Both the position numbers and the translations under genes were made by a program. Source: Myxococcota bacterium (GTDB lineage: Bacteria > Myxococcota_A > Bradymonadia > UBA7976 > UBA1532). From it: a stretch of DNA of 60,497 nt. The stretch lies in contig JAYZEG010000089.1 in NCBI GenBank assembly GCA_036337435.1, forward strand, positions 1-60,497, read 5' to 3'. Numbering within the stretch: position 1 is the stretch's first letter; each line of letters starts with the position of its first letter. Below, piece after piece: positions 49,743 through 59,704 of the stretch. A model generated the notes under the pieces. It was not told the origin of the DNA. It ran no database searches and worked only from the letters and a program-made list of their open reading frames with translations.

Positions 49743-50471
49743 ATGGATCCTAATTATAGATTGAGTCGGCTAATGGCTTGGGTGTGTTTGTTCTTCGCTT
49801 TAGCGGGCTGCGCTGGACCCGCGCAAGTCACGTTTTTATCCGGTACATGTGAAGGGAATTTTGATCAATGTATGACCCGCTGCGACCTGCTAAATGACGG
49901 TCGAGATTGTCAACTGAGGTGTCGTTTTCGGGGGCGCCTTTGTGATAGGCAAACGCAGGTCGCAGGTCAAACTCGTTTGGCCGAAGCGTCGACCCTCACA
50001 GAAAACGCAGCCCTCGTCGATCTGTCGACCAATCCAATTCTGCACTCCACGAATGTATCCTACAAAGTATCCAAGGGCGTGTCGTACAAACGGATTGGGG
50101 AGGGTAAACACAATCAGGGCGCTCATGTGCTCAAACCCGGTGGAACTTTGCAGCTCACTTATCAACTTCCGGTTGAGACAACGTCTGCAGAACTGGTTAT
50201 TGGGCACGGTCCCATGGGGCAATCGCCTACATGTTTCATAACGCTTTTGTTGGATGAGCAAACAATTGTTGGGCGGTACAGTCCGCCTCGATCAGAACCT
50301 GGTCGAGTCATTCGCTTCGAAAAATGGGACCTGAGCGCGCGCTTGACACGCACCAAACTCGTCGAGGGACGCAGAACATTTAAGATTTTCCTGATGAATA
50401 ATGGTGTCGCTGGAAGTCGGGATGATTATGCGCTGAACACCATTGAATTGTATTATCAAACCGAGAATTAA
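49743..50471 (+). CDS. Lipoprotein with six-Cys helical module and beta-rich C-domain
   Basis: Lipobox LAGC; CEGNFDQCMTRC...DCQLRCRFRGRLC. Confidence 0.65.
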   Translation: MDPNYRLSRLMAWVCLFFALAGCAGPAQVTFLSGTCEGNFDQCMTRCDLLNDGRDCQLRCRFRGRLCDRQTQVAGQTRLAEASTLTENAALVDLSTNPILHSTNVSYKVSKGVSYKRIGEGKHNQGAHVLKPGGTLQLTYQLPVETTSAELVIGHGPMGQSPTCFITLLLDEQTIVGRYSPPRSEPGRVIRFEKWDLSARLTRTKLVEGRRTFKIFLMNNGVAGSRDDYALNTIELYYQTEN

Positions 50472-50490
50472 GCCTGCCGGCATTATCGCT

Positions 50491-51720
50491 CTAGCGACTG
50501 CCCGCCAATTCTAGGTCACTGATGATCCACCCACCGTAAACCACCCACTCGGCATCTCGACTCACCGTCGTTTTCGTACCGCTGAGATCGATGACGACCA
50601 ATTGACTCGTACTCTCATCATTTGGTCGGGCGACGAATAGCATCGTTGCGCTCTCACTTCCGGCATCGCCGATCTTGGGTTGCGGAAAAAGCTCGTTGAT
50701 GAATCCGGATTCAGACGAACCAAGCATTTGCTCGACCTCATCGCCCAACAGTTGATTGCTCAAATTGACCTCTGTACCCGGTTGTTCGCAGCGAATGTCG
50801 TTATTGTCGAGAGCCGCCATGTTGAGGCCGATTCGGAAAACATCATGGTGTCCTGTGGACCCAGAGCCTTTACTATCGACATTTCGCGAGAAAATGATGC
50901 CTCGAAGCTGGTCTGTGAACACGGGATTGTGATCGCCAACCCGTGTGCGGGTCCCTCGGCTGGCACCAAGGAAATCGCGATCGGCATCTGTCACTTGGCA
51001 TCGCTGCAGGGTTTCCGTATCGGCCAACCAAACTTGGGGTTTGCTGACGCATTGTTCATCAACGCAGCGTTCTTGATCGACGACATACACAACTCGAGAG
51101 GTGTACAGAGCAGCTGAAATATCCCTAACCGGAAACATATGGTCTCCGTAGAGAAGCATGTTGCTGACATCGCGTCTATCATCAGAGTAGCTGGCAAGAT
51201 AGGCCTTCGGGGGCTGCTCATCACAGGTCATGGAGAATGTAATAAACGAGTCTCCGGTCCAGGCGACACCGCCGATACCCGCGTTGCAGTTTTCAGGCGT
51301 AACTGGATAGCTTGTCCCTGTGCGTACATCAATGATCCATACGACTCCGGGCAAGTCGAGCTGTTGGTCATGAGCGGTGACCGGTTCATTCGAACGAACA
51401 GCGGCAATATAGCGGCGATTCGGACTCACGGCGTGATATGACCAGGGAGCCGACTGCCGGGTGAGTCGAATCCGATCACGGCCATCGGCTGAAACTGCGT
51501 AGATATGGGTTTCTCCACCACTGCTTGCCGCATAGGTGATTTGACCGGGTACGACATCTAAGCTCACTTGGAATTCAGCATCTGGAATGACGCCGATGTC
51601 CGGCATCATTGTCGATGTTGCATCGGGCAGGCTGGCCCCCGAATCACCAGATGTGGAACTCTCTTGGCCTGAACACGCGATGGCCAATGTACCGAGTATG
51701 AAAATGGTCAATTTACCCAT
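50491..51720 (-). CDS. TolB-like beta-propeller lipoprotein
   Basis: Lipobox AIAC with GGAG RBS; HIYAVSADGRDRIRLT, VSPNRRYIA and HNPVFT motifs. Confidence 0.7.
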   Translation of the reverse strand: MGKLTIFILGTLAIACSGQESSTSGDSGASLPDATSTMMPDIGVIPDAEFQVSLDVVPGQITYAASSGGETHIYAVSADGRDRIRLTRQSAPWSYHAVSPNRRYIAAVRSNEPVTAHDQQLDLPGVVWIIDVRTGTSYPVTPENCNAGIGGVAWTGDSFITFSMTCDEQPPKAYLASYSDDRRDVSNMLLYGDHMFPVRDISAALYTSRVVYVVDQERCVDEQCVSKPQVWLADTETLQRCQVTDADRDFLGASRGTRTRVGDHNPVFTDQLRGIIFSRNVDSKGSGSTGHHDVFRIGLNMAALDNNDIRCEQPGTEVNLSNQLLGDEVEQMLGSSESGFINELFPQPKIGDAGSESATMLFVARPNDESTSQLVVIDLSGTKTTVSRDAEWVVYGGWIISDLELAGSR

Positions 51721-51723
51721 GAT

Positions 51724-53523
51724 TTACTCTCCCAAAAATGTTTGAGCATGCACTTGGAGTACGTGTGCTGTGGCGTCTAAATACGGATTAATTCGAACAC
51801 GCAGTATTTCGGTCAGATCGGTCAACGCATCTTTGAATTGGCGCTGACCATGATAGGTCCAGCCGTCAGCACGTTCTGGAAATAAATCGACCGCGTCGAC
51901 GACACATCCTGGAATCGTCGTATTGGGGCTTGCGACCAAATCTTCGAAGGGGATCCGATAACGCGAAACGGCAATCCGTAGGAAAAAACCCATGGGCTTA
52001 GCCTGTCTCTTTAGCTGAATGACCTGAAAGCCTGCATCGATTCGCCTCACATATTCGACAAAATATTGGTCGGTAATGTGGGCGCGTCGGTCGTACTGAA
52101 AACCTGGTAGCGCGAGGCTGATCGCTTCGAACACGGGCTCAACAAAATGGTCGTCTGTAGGGCTTGGCCTGTTGATCATTGGCAGTCGTGCAATCCACGA
52201 CGAGCTGGGTTTAGACGGGAGCGGGTCTGTCGTATCAAGAATGGTTTTGGCGGCTGTCATGAGGCTCTCATGCAATTTGCCGTATTGCTGTCCAAGGTGC
52301 GACGCTGGAGTCGGCCCCACATACTCCCATGCACTCTCACGACTGATTATCTCACCAAATCGTTCTGCCAATTGGCGGCGGGCCGAGCGAAAGAGCGGCG
52401 TACCAGGGTCTTCTAAGGCAAGACTGAGGAAGAGCCGGTCGATGCTTTTGGCTGAGTCACTGCGTACGGAATAAAAACTCTGCGGCGGCACTAACTTTGA
52501 TGATTCGAGTCCATCTAAGTCGAGGTTCAATCCGCTCCAGCGCAAATCCCAATCGATAATTTGACCCATCAGCTTTCTGTTGGTCAAGAGTGCCTCGATA
52601 CGGTCAGGGGTTGGACCCTGAGGCATCTCGATCGTACTCAGCCCGAATTGGTGGTTTTGCTTTCCGGGATGATACGCATAGAGCTCAAGTCGATCTAGGA
52701 CGTCATTGATAGCCTGTCGCGTGCCCGTCGCCCGAATGAGCACAACGTCAACTTGTGGCAATTGATTAACCAACTGCGCCCAAAAAGCCTGACACCAATC
52801 ATATCGTTCGCCGCCGGTGGTCACAACCAAGTCGACCGGCGTGTTTTCCAAGAACCCGACCTTCGTCCCGAGGTGGCTAAAATTCGGCAGTTGACTGCTT
52901 GTTTCAATGTTTAAATGCCGCCGATTAATCAATGGTTCTTGGTCAAATTCGATGGACAAATCTGTCTTCAAAACACGATGCTGTGCTTTGACCCAATCTT
53001 CGAAGAGCGGCTTATCGTCCGCCGTGAGATGACAGAGAGTCTCAAATCCAGACGCGACCCGCTGGATTGCAAATGCCTTCTGTTGCTTGCTCATATGCTT
53101 TGGGGAACTGAGAAAGCATGACTTGATCGTTGTCGAGTTGGCGTGAGACTTAAATCTAGCCTCGTATCGCTGATGATCAAATCGCTCGGGTGCTTGGCCT
53201 GGTAAAGTGATCCTAATTTCTGCTTCGTACCCCTCCTTTAAACACATAACTGCGATGTGTCCGCCCTCGAGAGAGGTCAACCAAGTCGGAATTTGCTGTA
53301 GGGTATCAAAGTCTGCGTGAGCAGCGATATCGACCCAAAAGTTGGCCCCATGGTCTCCGAGGATTTTCTCGGCAGACATGAATGCCTCTGGACCGGGCCA
53401 GCACGCCCTGATGTCCGTCCGGTCGTACTGTAGCCCCTCCAGGTGACTTTGACCGCGACGAAACGCATTTACGGGTTTTGCCACAGTTTTTTTATTGAGT
53501 CGTCCTTGATAGATGATTGGCAT
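51724..53523 (-). CDS. Hypothetical protein (599 aa)
   Basis: Long ORF of protein-like composition, co-oriented with and 3 nt upstream of the TolB-like gene. No motif recognised. Confidence 0.65.
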   Translation of the reverse strand: MPIIYQGRLNKKTVAKPVNAFRRGQSHLEGLQYDRTDIRACWPGPEAFMSAEKILGDHGANFWVDIAAHADFDTLQQIPTWLTSLEGGHIAVMCLKEGYEAEIRITLPGQAPERFDHQRYEARFKSHANSTTIKSCFLSSPKHMSKQQKAFAIQRVASGFETLCHLTADDKPLFEDWVKAQHRVLKTDLSIEFDQEPLINRRHLNIETSSQLPNFSHLGTKVGFLENTPVDLVVTTGGERYDWCQAFWAQLVNQLPQVDVVLIRATGTRQAINDVLDRLELYAYHPGKQNHQFGLSTIEMPQGPTPDRIEALLTNRKLMGQIIDWDLRWSGLNLDLDGLESSKLVPPQSFYSVRSDSAKSIDRLFLSLALEDPGTPLFRSARRQLAERFGEIISRESAWEYVGPTPASHLGQQYGKLHESLMTAAKTILDTTDPLPSKPSSSWIARLPMINRPSPTDDHFVEPVFEAISLALPGFQYDRRAHITDQYFVEYVRRIDAGFQVIQLKRQAKPMGFFLRIAVSRYRIPFEDLVASPNTTIPGCVVDAVDLFPERADGWTYHGQRQFKDALTDLTEILRVRINPYLDATAHVLQVHAQTFLGE

Positions 53524-53765
53524 GTCTACCTAAAGTCCAAAGTCATGTCGCTCCCCATGTTGGTCTGGGACCACGCGAGTTTGCCGGCACGCGATTCGCC
53601 AATAAGCATTACGGGCATCTCACTGGGCAGGTCAAGCATAAGATTTATCATCCCGGAGAGATACAAAGGTGCGTGAACGGCTGCCGTGAATTTTCAGCTA
53701 CTCAGCACCTCAGGTGGTTGCGACCAAACCCACGAGTTAAGGTTTTTCGCGTAACCGACTCTGTC

Positions 53766-55355
53766 TTATTGTTGGGGTGGGCCTGCAACTAATCTGACAA
53801 TATCGGGACTGGTCTCTGCATTACTCTCGATGATGAGCACGCCCTGATGTTGATTGATGTCGTCCGCTGCACGATTAAAGGTTACGGATACAATATGATT
53901 TGAACCTGGTTGCAAGGTCACAGGATTGCCACCAGTGGCGATTGTAAATTGAGGATCACTGGGTCCAAAGTCATTATCAGCGGCTGTTGTTAGAGCGATT
54001 CGGTCAATGATGAGTGCCAGCCCGCCCGGATTTGAAATATTAATATCCAACGTGGTTTGTGAACCTCCATTGGTATTGGTGAAATCCAAGACCAGCGGCG
54101 TCATATCGATGGCGACAACATCATCAGCCGATGCGCGGAGGGGCAGCGTAAGCTGTCCGCCTGCCACGTTATCGGCATCGGTTGCAATCACCAGAGTCGC
54201 ATCAGAACCGTCCACGGTCTCAGGCTGATACGTTACATCGAGCGTTCGCGTCTGGCCACCCCTCAACTGGAAGCTGGTTTGTTGATTACCCAGGCGGTAA
54301 TCCTGTGCCGGTTGCTCGATAGTGATTTGATTGATGGCGAGGTCTTTTAGGCCGCTGTTGGTAAAGCTGATGCGTGCGATGGCCGGCTCATTTCCGTTCC
54401 TTGGCGGAAAAATGACCGGGTTGGGTTGAATGCGTAGCTCACTGACGAGCTCACCAGACGTCATCAAAACTGAGAATTCAGGGTTGTTAGGGTCATCACT
54501 GACAAACACCAGCTCAGCCGTATCGCCACCGTCATCAAGGGGCTCATATTCCACTCGAACAGGCTGTCCCTGGTTTTCGTCAATTTGCCAGGGGAGTGGT
54601 GGAGTGCCGGTGGCAGACAGCCTGAACTCAACCAGCGGGAGGCCTGTTCCGTCGACGGGAGCCGGGGTAATGCGTCTCACGAAAACGTCGCGTACGGTGA
54701 GTTGACCTGTTCCCGAGTTACGAACGTTCAGAAGGGTATCGCCGGCCATGCCAGATTCGAAACCAATGGTGTTTGGCGTGACTGCGATTTGTGGCTGACC
54801 CGTCAGTACTCTGAGTTCAACCTCCACGCGCTCTTTGCCGAGAACATTGCTCTCGATGACTAGAATTGCTGCGGCTGGAGGTGTGTCTTGGGTGGCTTTA
54901 TATTTCACCGTGTAGGTAACGAAATTGTCGGGTCCTAAGACCAATGGATCTGATGCCGTGACGTAGTGTGGTGTCCCATCGGATTTAACTGGACCATCGG
55001 CGATGAGAAGTTGGCATGTTTCATCCAGTTCTCCGGGTAGTCTGTCACCTGCGCGAAGACCCTCTTTGATCAGGTCGCAATCTTCAGCACCTTCGATGTA
55101 CACACGACTCACGATCAAGTCGGTTACGCCAGACTGCCTGATGGTCAGTGCCTTCGATGTTTGCCTCGGCCTGTTCAGTCTTTCGAATGTCATCTCTGCT
55201 CGTAATTGGCCGTCGTCACGTTCGATCAAAGGCGGCTCGAGTAGGATGTCGTTAGATTCTGTTTTACGAAACTTATCCGCATCGCTACCGCAGGCGGCGG
55301 CCAGTGCAACCATGGCCAACATCAACAGTTTAAAAATGGGATTCGGACGATTCAT
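53766..55355 (-). CDS. Lipoprotein with four ASH/choice-of-anchor-D-type Ig-like domains
   Basis: GGAGG RBS and lipobox AAAC. Four repeats of the pattern I.v.P..i.F...l.i.N.G...L.i..i....F......l.pg....v.v.y.P......L.i.s(d/n). Confidence 0.8.
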   Translation of the reverse strand: MNRPNPIFKLLMLAMVALAAACGSDADKFRKTESNDILLEPPLIERDDGQLRAEMTFERLNRPRQTSKALTIRQSGVTDLIVSRVYIEGAEDCDLIKEGLRAGDRLPGELDETCQLLIADGPVKSDGTPHYVTASDPLVLGPDNFVTYTVKYKATQDTPPAAAILVIESNVLGKERVEVELRVLTGQPQIAVTPNTIGFESGMAGDTLLNVRNSGTGQLTVRDVFVRRITPAPVDGTGLPLVEFRLSATGTPPLPWQIDENQGQPVRVEYEPLDDGGDTAELVFVSDDPNNPEFSVLMTSGELVSELRIQPNPVIFPPRNGNEPAIARISFTNSGLKDLAINQITIEQPAQDYRLGNQQTSFQLRGGQTRTLDVTYQPETVDGSDATLVIATDADNVAGGQLTLPLRASADDVVAIDMTPLVLDFTNTNGGSQTTLDINISNPGGLALIIDRIALTTAADNDFGPSDPQFTIATGGNPVTLQPGSNHIVSVTFNRAADDINQHQGVLIIESNAETSPDIVRLVAGPPQQ

Positions 55356-55401
55356 GAAAGCCTCCTATGGGAATCTCTGTTGGCCTTATACTACACAGTG
55401 C

Positions 55402-58400
55402 CTAATTTCGTCTTGGAAAACACTGCGCGTCGTATTCAACCCGAATACTTTCACGAGGTTGTGGGACCGACGCTTCATCAAAAATGACGGAGTTGCTGTC
55501 ACGGTCGTAACTCCATCCGTTGGCTCTTGGTGCCCCGTTCACGCTCACTCTAATCGAAGCCTCTCGTGCTGGCCTTGAGAGAAAAAATTGAACGGGCAGC
55601 CCAAAAGCTTGGTTGCCGATCTCTCTTAATGCGCGGCCAAAATCGCCCTCGCAGATGCTGTAAATGCCCCCATTGGTCCGGTTAGCAACTTCAACATAGG
55701 CCCGACCTGGCGTCGCATCTCCGAGATTGCTGTTACAATTCGCCGGGCGTCCGTTATCAGCACCGACGATCGCATGCGCGTGGAAAAGGGACTCATTTCG
55801 GAAACCCTTAATGTTCTTGAAGAAATCGACATAGTAATTGAGCGTTGCTGACGAACTATCGTCTTCATCGGACACGAAGACAATCTCCAAAGCTGCATCC
55901 TCTCGCAAGAATCCACGGTTAAAACCGCCGCAACGGCCTTCGACGCAGCGGTCGGGCTCCACGCAGTCGGCATTGGCTTGGCAGGCGACGCCTGTGTCGA
56001 AGATGAGCGGGTCTTTCAACGCTTTTTCTGCGGCTTCAAGGCCCTTTTCCGTGCCCGAGCCTCGAGTTCCGACAGCGACGTTTCCGCTGAATTGATTCTC
56101 GACATCGGGTCCACGGCGAATAATACGCGGGTCGCCAACGAGCTTACCTGCGTTGTCCGCATCATCGACATCGGTCGTTACCACGCCAATTTGATAATCG
56201 TTTGCGAATTGCCGCGCGCCGTTGATGAAGCTCGCGAAGTTATCTTGGAGATTGTCTTGCTCCTCGCCCATCGACCCTGAATTGTCGATGACGAAGAGAA
56301 CATCGACGCGCTGTCCACTGGTTTGTACAAAGTCATCGGTTTGCCGATTGGTCGCAACACCTTCACCCACCAGTGGGACTCGCAGCTCGGGCGCATTGTT
56401 TGCATCAGATACGAAGACGAGTTCACAATTATCCTCGGCGAGGTTCGTTGGCTCGTACTGTAACAGCACTTCCGCCGGTCGGTTTCGGGTCACGAGAATA
56501 CACCCATCTTGATTTGCGACGGGTCGGTCTGTAATCAAGAACTCGGCGCAATCCGGGCCTTCGAGACGCATGTCTGTGATGCACAAGTTGACGAGTCCGG
56601 TATTGTAGACACTGACACGCTCTTCTCGTGATGCACACTCACCTGCGGTGACTGCACCAAAGTCCAGACGCGATGGAATCACAGAAATATTACTGTCGCC
56701 ACCGAGTCCGCTCAGATCTGCTTCAACCGTTCGCGCTTCATTGGTAAACGGATCGTTGAATGAAATGCGCAGTTTAGCCAAGTCGGCTCCATAAATTTGA
56801 GGGCGATAGGTCACTTGCATCGGTACGGTTGCGCCAGGCCCTATTCGACCGTTTGGTGCTCGCTGCGTGATAGAAAATCGGACCATGTTGAAACCTGGAA
56901 TCGGGATATCGATGAGCGGTACAATTTCTTGATTGGTGATGTCACAATGGCCTGTACCTCGGTTGAGAATGTCAAAATCCCGTGTTGTATTTGAACCGCG
57001 TGCAACCAGGCCAAAATCCATACGTCGCGGCAGAATTGTTAAGGTACAGTTCGGTTGGCCGCCACCTGTAGCGGTCAATGGCACCTCAACGGCCGGTCGG
57101 TCAGGCGTGTTGTTTCGCACGGTCAATGTTCCGGAGGCTGGTTGTCCTTCCGCCGTCGAATTATTTTGAAACCAAGTCTCGAACACCATGGTTTCGAGTG
57201 GTTCGAGCGTCACATTGGTGCGTGGACCATTGTTCGTAGGTGCCCAGTTGAAATCACCATTATCGATGGAGATGTCTTCGACGACCAAGGGCATGTCGCC
57301 GCAATTGAGCACGTTGGCGACTTGTCGTGCACTTTCAATGCCCCGGGCGACAAAGCCGAAATCGATGGCATCAGGAAGCACTTCAATACAAGGCTGACGG
57401 ACGCGACCGGTCAAAGGAACGGTGAAAATCGATTCGTCGACATCGTTATTTTCGATGACAATTGAGGTGGCATGACGCCCTTCGACTTGCGGTAGATAGT
57501 TGACTGTAAACGATGCCGCTGCGTCAGGTTCGATTGTCAAAGGACCTTGCGCGAAATCGGGTAGCCCACTCAGATTAAATTGCTCATTGTTCGGCGGCGG
57601 CGTTGCCGGTGCGAGCAGGATATTACTGACGGTGAGTGGCTGAGTCCCTCGATTCTCAATAATAATCTCGACAGGCTCGCTTTCCGTATTGAGGTCAATG
57701 GCACCGAATTCCACAGATTCTGGTAGAACAACAATTTCAGGACTGGGTGTAGCACCCACCAGTTGAATGTTGAGTCTTGGCTGAATTTGCGAATCTGTTT
57801 CGAAGGTCAGCGTCCCGAAATCGTCTGCCGAATCCGATGGCTGGAAGGCGACCTCAACGCTCAGAACGTCATCTTGTCCCAAGAGGGCCTGCGCACTCGG
57901 TGTGACGATTTCAAAATCAGCGGATGAATCGTCGCTCAAGGCCCAAGAGTTGATCGTCACCGGGACCGTTCCGAGATTGATGATGTCGACGGTCTCAAAT
58001 TGCCGACTACCGTCTTCGCTGAAGAAAGCGAGTCTGTCGGGATTGGCCGTGAGCCCTGTTGCAGACAATGTCGAGTTAATCGGCACTCTCAGTTGCCCAT
58101 TCGTTCGATCGTTGCTTGTAAAAATGAGAAAACCTTGGTCGATCCCAACGTCCACCGGTGAATAGCGAAGGCGTAGGGAAAGCTCTTCTTGACCCTCTAA
58201 AGTGATCGGTAAAGGCGGATGTTCGATGGTAAATTCGTCCTGATTGATGAACTCAGAAAAAGAGATCTCGGTCACAATAAGCTGACTGCTACCTGAATTT
58301 CGCAGGGTCAGGGTGCGCGATGTTTCTTCACCCACTTCGACGGCTGTCAGCGTGACTGGGTTTGGAAGGACTTCAATTTCCGGATAGCTCGCTGAGAATT

Positions 58401-58476
58401 GGTCGTCATCGCAGGCTGCGAGAAAACTAGCGAATAGGAAAAAGCACAGGATGTGTGTGCGCGTGTGCTTGAGCAT
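55402..58476 (-). CDS. Lipoprotein with six ASH-type Ig-like domains and a C-terminal vWA (MIDAS) domain
   Basis: AGGAG RBS before ATG 58476 and lipobox LAAC. Six P..vdFG...N.G repeats, then VDVLFVIDNSGSM, GSGTEKGL and IVFVSDEDD. Confidence 0.85.
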   Translation of the reverse strand: MLKHTRTHILCFFLFASFLAACDDDQFSASYPEIEVLPNPVTLTAVEVGEETSRTLTLRNSGSSQLIVTEISFSEFINQDEFTIEHPPLPITLEGQEELSLRLRYSPVDVGIDQGFLIFTSNDRTNGQLRVPINSTLSATGLTANPDRLAFFSEDGSRQFETVDIINLGTVPVTINSWALSDDSSADFEIVTPSAQALLGQDDVLSVEVAFQPSDSADDFGTLTFETDSQIQPRLNIQLVGATPSPEIVVLPESVEFGAIDLNTESEPVEIIIENRGTQPLTVSNILLAPATPPPNNEQFNLSGLPDFAQGPLTIEPDAAASFTVNYLPQVEGRHATSIVIENNDVDESIFTVPLTGRVRQPCIEVLPDAIDFGFVARGIESARQVANVLNCGDMPLVVEDISIDNGDFNWAPTNNGPRTNVTLEPLETMVFETWFQNNSTAEGQPASGTLTVRNNTPDRPAVEVPLTATGGGQPNCTLTILPRRMDFGLVARGSNTTRDFDILNRGTGHCDITNQEIVPLIDIPIPGFNMVRFSITQRAPNGRIGPGATVPMQVTYRPQIYGADLAKLRISFNDPFTNEARTVEADLSGLGGDSNISVIPSRLDFGAVTAGECASREERVSVYNTGLVNLCITDMRLEGPDCAEFLITDRPVANQDGCILVTRNRPAEVLLQYEPTNLAEDNCELVFVSDANNAPELRVPLVGEGVATNRQTDDFVQTSGQRVDVLFVIDNSGSMGEEQDNLQDNFASFINGARQFANDYQIGVVTTDVDDADNAGKLVGDPRIIRRGPDVENQFSGNVAVGTRGSGTEKGLEAAEKALKDPLIFDTGVACQANADCVEPDRCVEGRCGGFNRGFLREDAALEIVFVSDEDDSSSATLNYYVDFFKNIKGFRNESLFHAHAIVGADNGRPANCNSNLGDATPGRAYVEVANRTNGGIYSICEGDFGRALREIGNQAFGLPVQFFLSRPAREASIRVSVNGAPRANGWSYDRDSNSVIFDEASVPQPRESIRVEYDAQCFPRRN

Positions 58477-58726
58477 TTTTAGGTCTCCTGGGGGGCGAAA
58501 GACGCGCAAATATATCAGAAAGTGAGGACGTCCTACAAGCGTTGATACGAACTCGTTTTCTTTGCGGGACGGTGTGTGAGAGCTGGACACTTTTTTCTGG
58601 CTCAAAAGTGCCAATCGCCAACGCCTTACTCGATCGTAAGAAAACATTGGCCACAAAAATCGCACTCATCCATACTCGGAACACATTCTGTTTTAGGCGT
58701 TGGTTGTAGCAAAGGTTAATTCGAAC

Positions 58727-59677
58727 ATGCGATTGTTAGTCCTGATGGTGTCTTTGATGTTTTTTGCTTGTTCAAGTCAGAGCGAGTCAACCCGATGTTC
58801 AGGCCCCGATTGCGACGGTGCTGATGTTGGACCCGATAGGCTTATAGACGCGTCAGTACTCGACCAAGCCCTCGACATGGACCAAGCCGTCGTCCTCGAT
58901 TCAGGCCAACAGCCCATTGAGAACTTTGCAAGTTTAGAACCTGAAACATTTCGGTTTGATTTTATCGCCGATGATGAGATGGGGGCTGCAACTGTGCAAG
59001 TCAGTCATGCTGGCGAGACCCCAATTCTCATCGAACAATTTGCTCCGGCCTTCGGCGATGCGTATACCCTATACTGGACGACGGACGAGGGTGATGTGCC
59101 GATCAGTGGTCAGGAGGTCGGCGTCCTGATGGGTCAGAATATGATGCCGTCTAGCATCGGTCTCGAAGCCGGCGAAACACTCCGCTTGACTCTTGTTTTC
59201 AAGGCAGTACCAGATGCTGTCCGAGGCGGACAATTGGTGTTCAACGCAGGTCGAGAAATTCGCATACCAATTGAGCATTCCGATGACCGTCCAGAATTCG
59301 TACTCGACCAGGAGGCGGTCGACTTGGGCAATGTTCCAGCTGGCGAACGACGCCTCGCGTTGGTGAGTGTTCGAAATGTTGGGTCTGCCGTTGGAACCCT
59401 GTCGTCGGTGGCGTTTACAGGCGATGATGTGTTCAGCTTACGCATCGAAGGTCGGGATCCAGAAGTGGACACCCGGGTCTTGCATAACCCAGATCGTGAT
59501 TTGGAGCCGGGCGTCGGTATTGAGAAAAGTTTTGAAATCATGATTCGCTTCATGAGCGAACAACCTGGCGTCTACCAAGGCGAGATTTCAATTTTAAGTG
59601 ACGCCATAAACGGGGATATCAGATTGCCTGTTCGCGCCACGGTCGGTGAGGTCACTGAATCAGGGGACATGCCGTAA
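58727..59677 (+). CDS. Lipoprotein with acidic linker and two ASH-type Ig-like domains
   Basis: Lipobox FFAC, D-rich linker, LEPETFRFD...VSHAGETPILI and VDLGNV...VRNVGSAVGTL...ISILSDA...LPVRA. Confidence 0.72.
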   Translation: MRLLVLMVSLMFFACSSQSESTRCSGPDCDGADVGPDRLIDASVLDQALDMDQAVVLDSGQQPIENFASLEPETFRFDFIADDEMGAATVQVSHAGETPILIEQFAPAFGDAYTLYWTTDEGDVPISGQEVGVLMGQNMMPSSIGLEAGETLRLTLVFKAVPDAVRGGQLVFNAGREIRIPIEHSDDRPEFVLDQEAVDLGNVPAGERRLALVSVRNVGSAVGTLSSVAFTGDDVFSLRIEGRDPEVDTRVLHNPDRDLEPGVGIEKSFEIMIRFMSEQPGVYQGEISILSDAINGDIRLPVRATVGEVTESGDMP

Positions 59678-59704
59678 GTCAAATTTCGACGAAAGCCCTT
59701 GGAC

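Noticed and set aside
53524..53765. 242-bp gap containing GGCAAAC, considered as a c-di-GMP riboswitch
   Set aside because: The remaining GEMM consensus (GAAA tetraloop stem, CGCAAAGC) is absent.
58595..58620. TGGCAC/TGGCTC...GC elements on both strands resembling sigma-54 promoters in the divergent gap of the ASH cluster
   Set aside because: GG-to-GC spacing is 9 nt rather than the required 10 on both strands.
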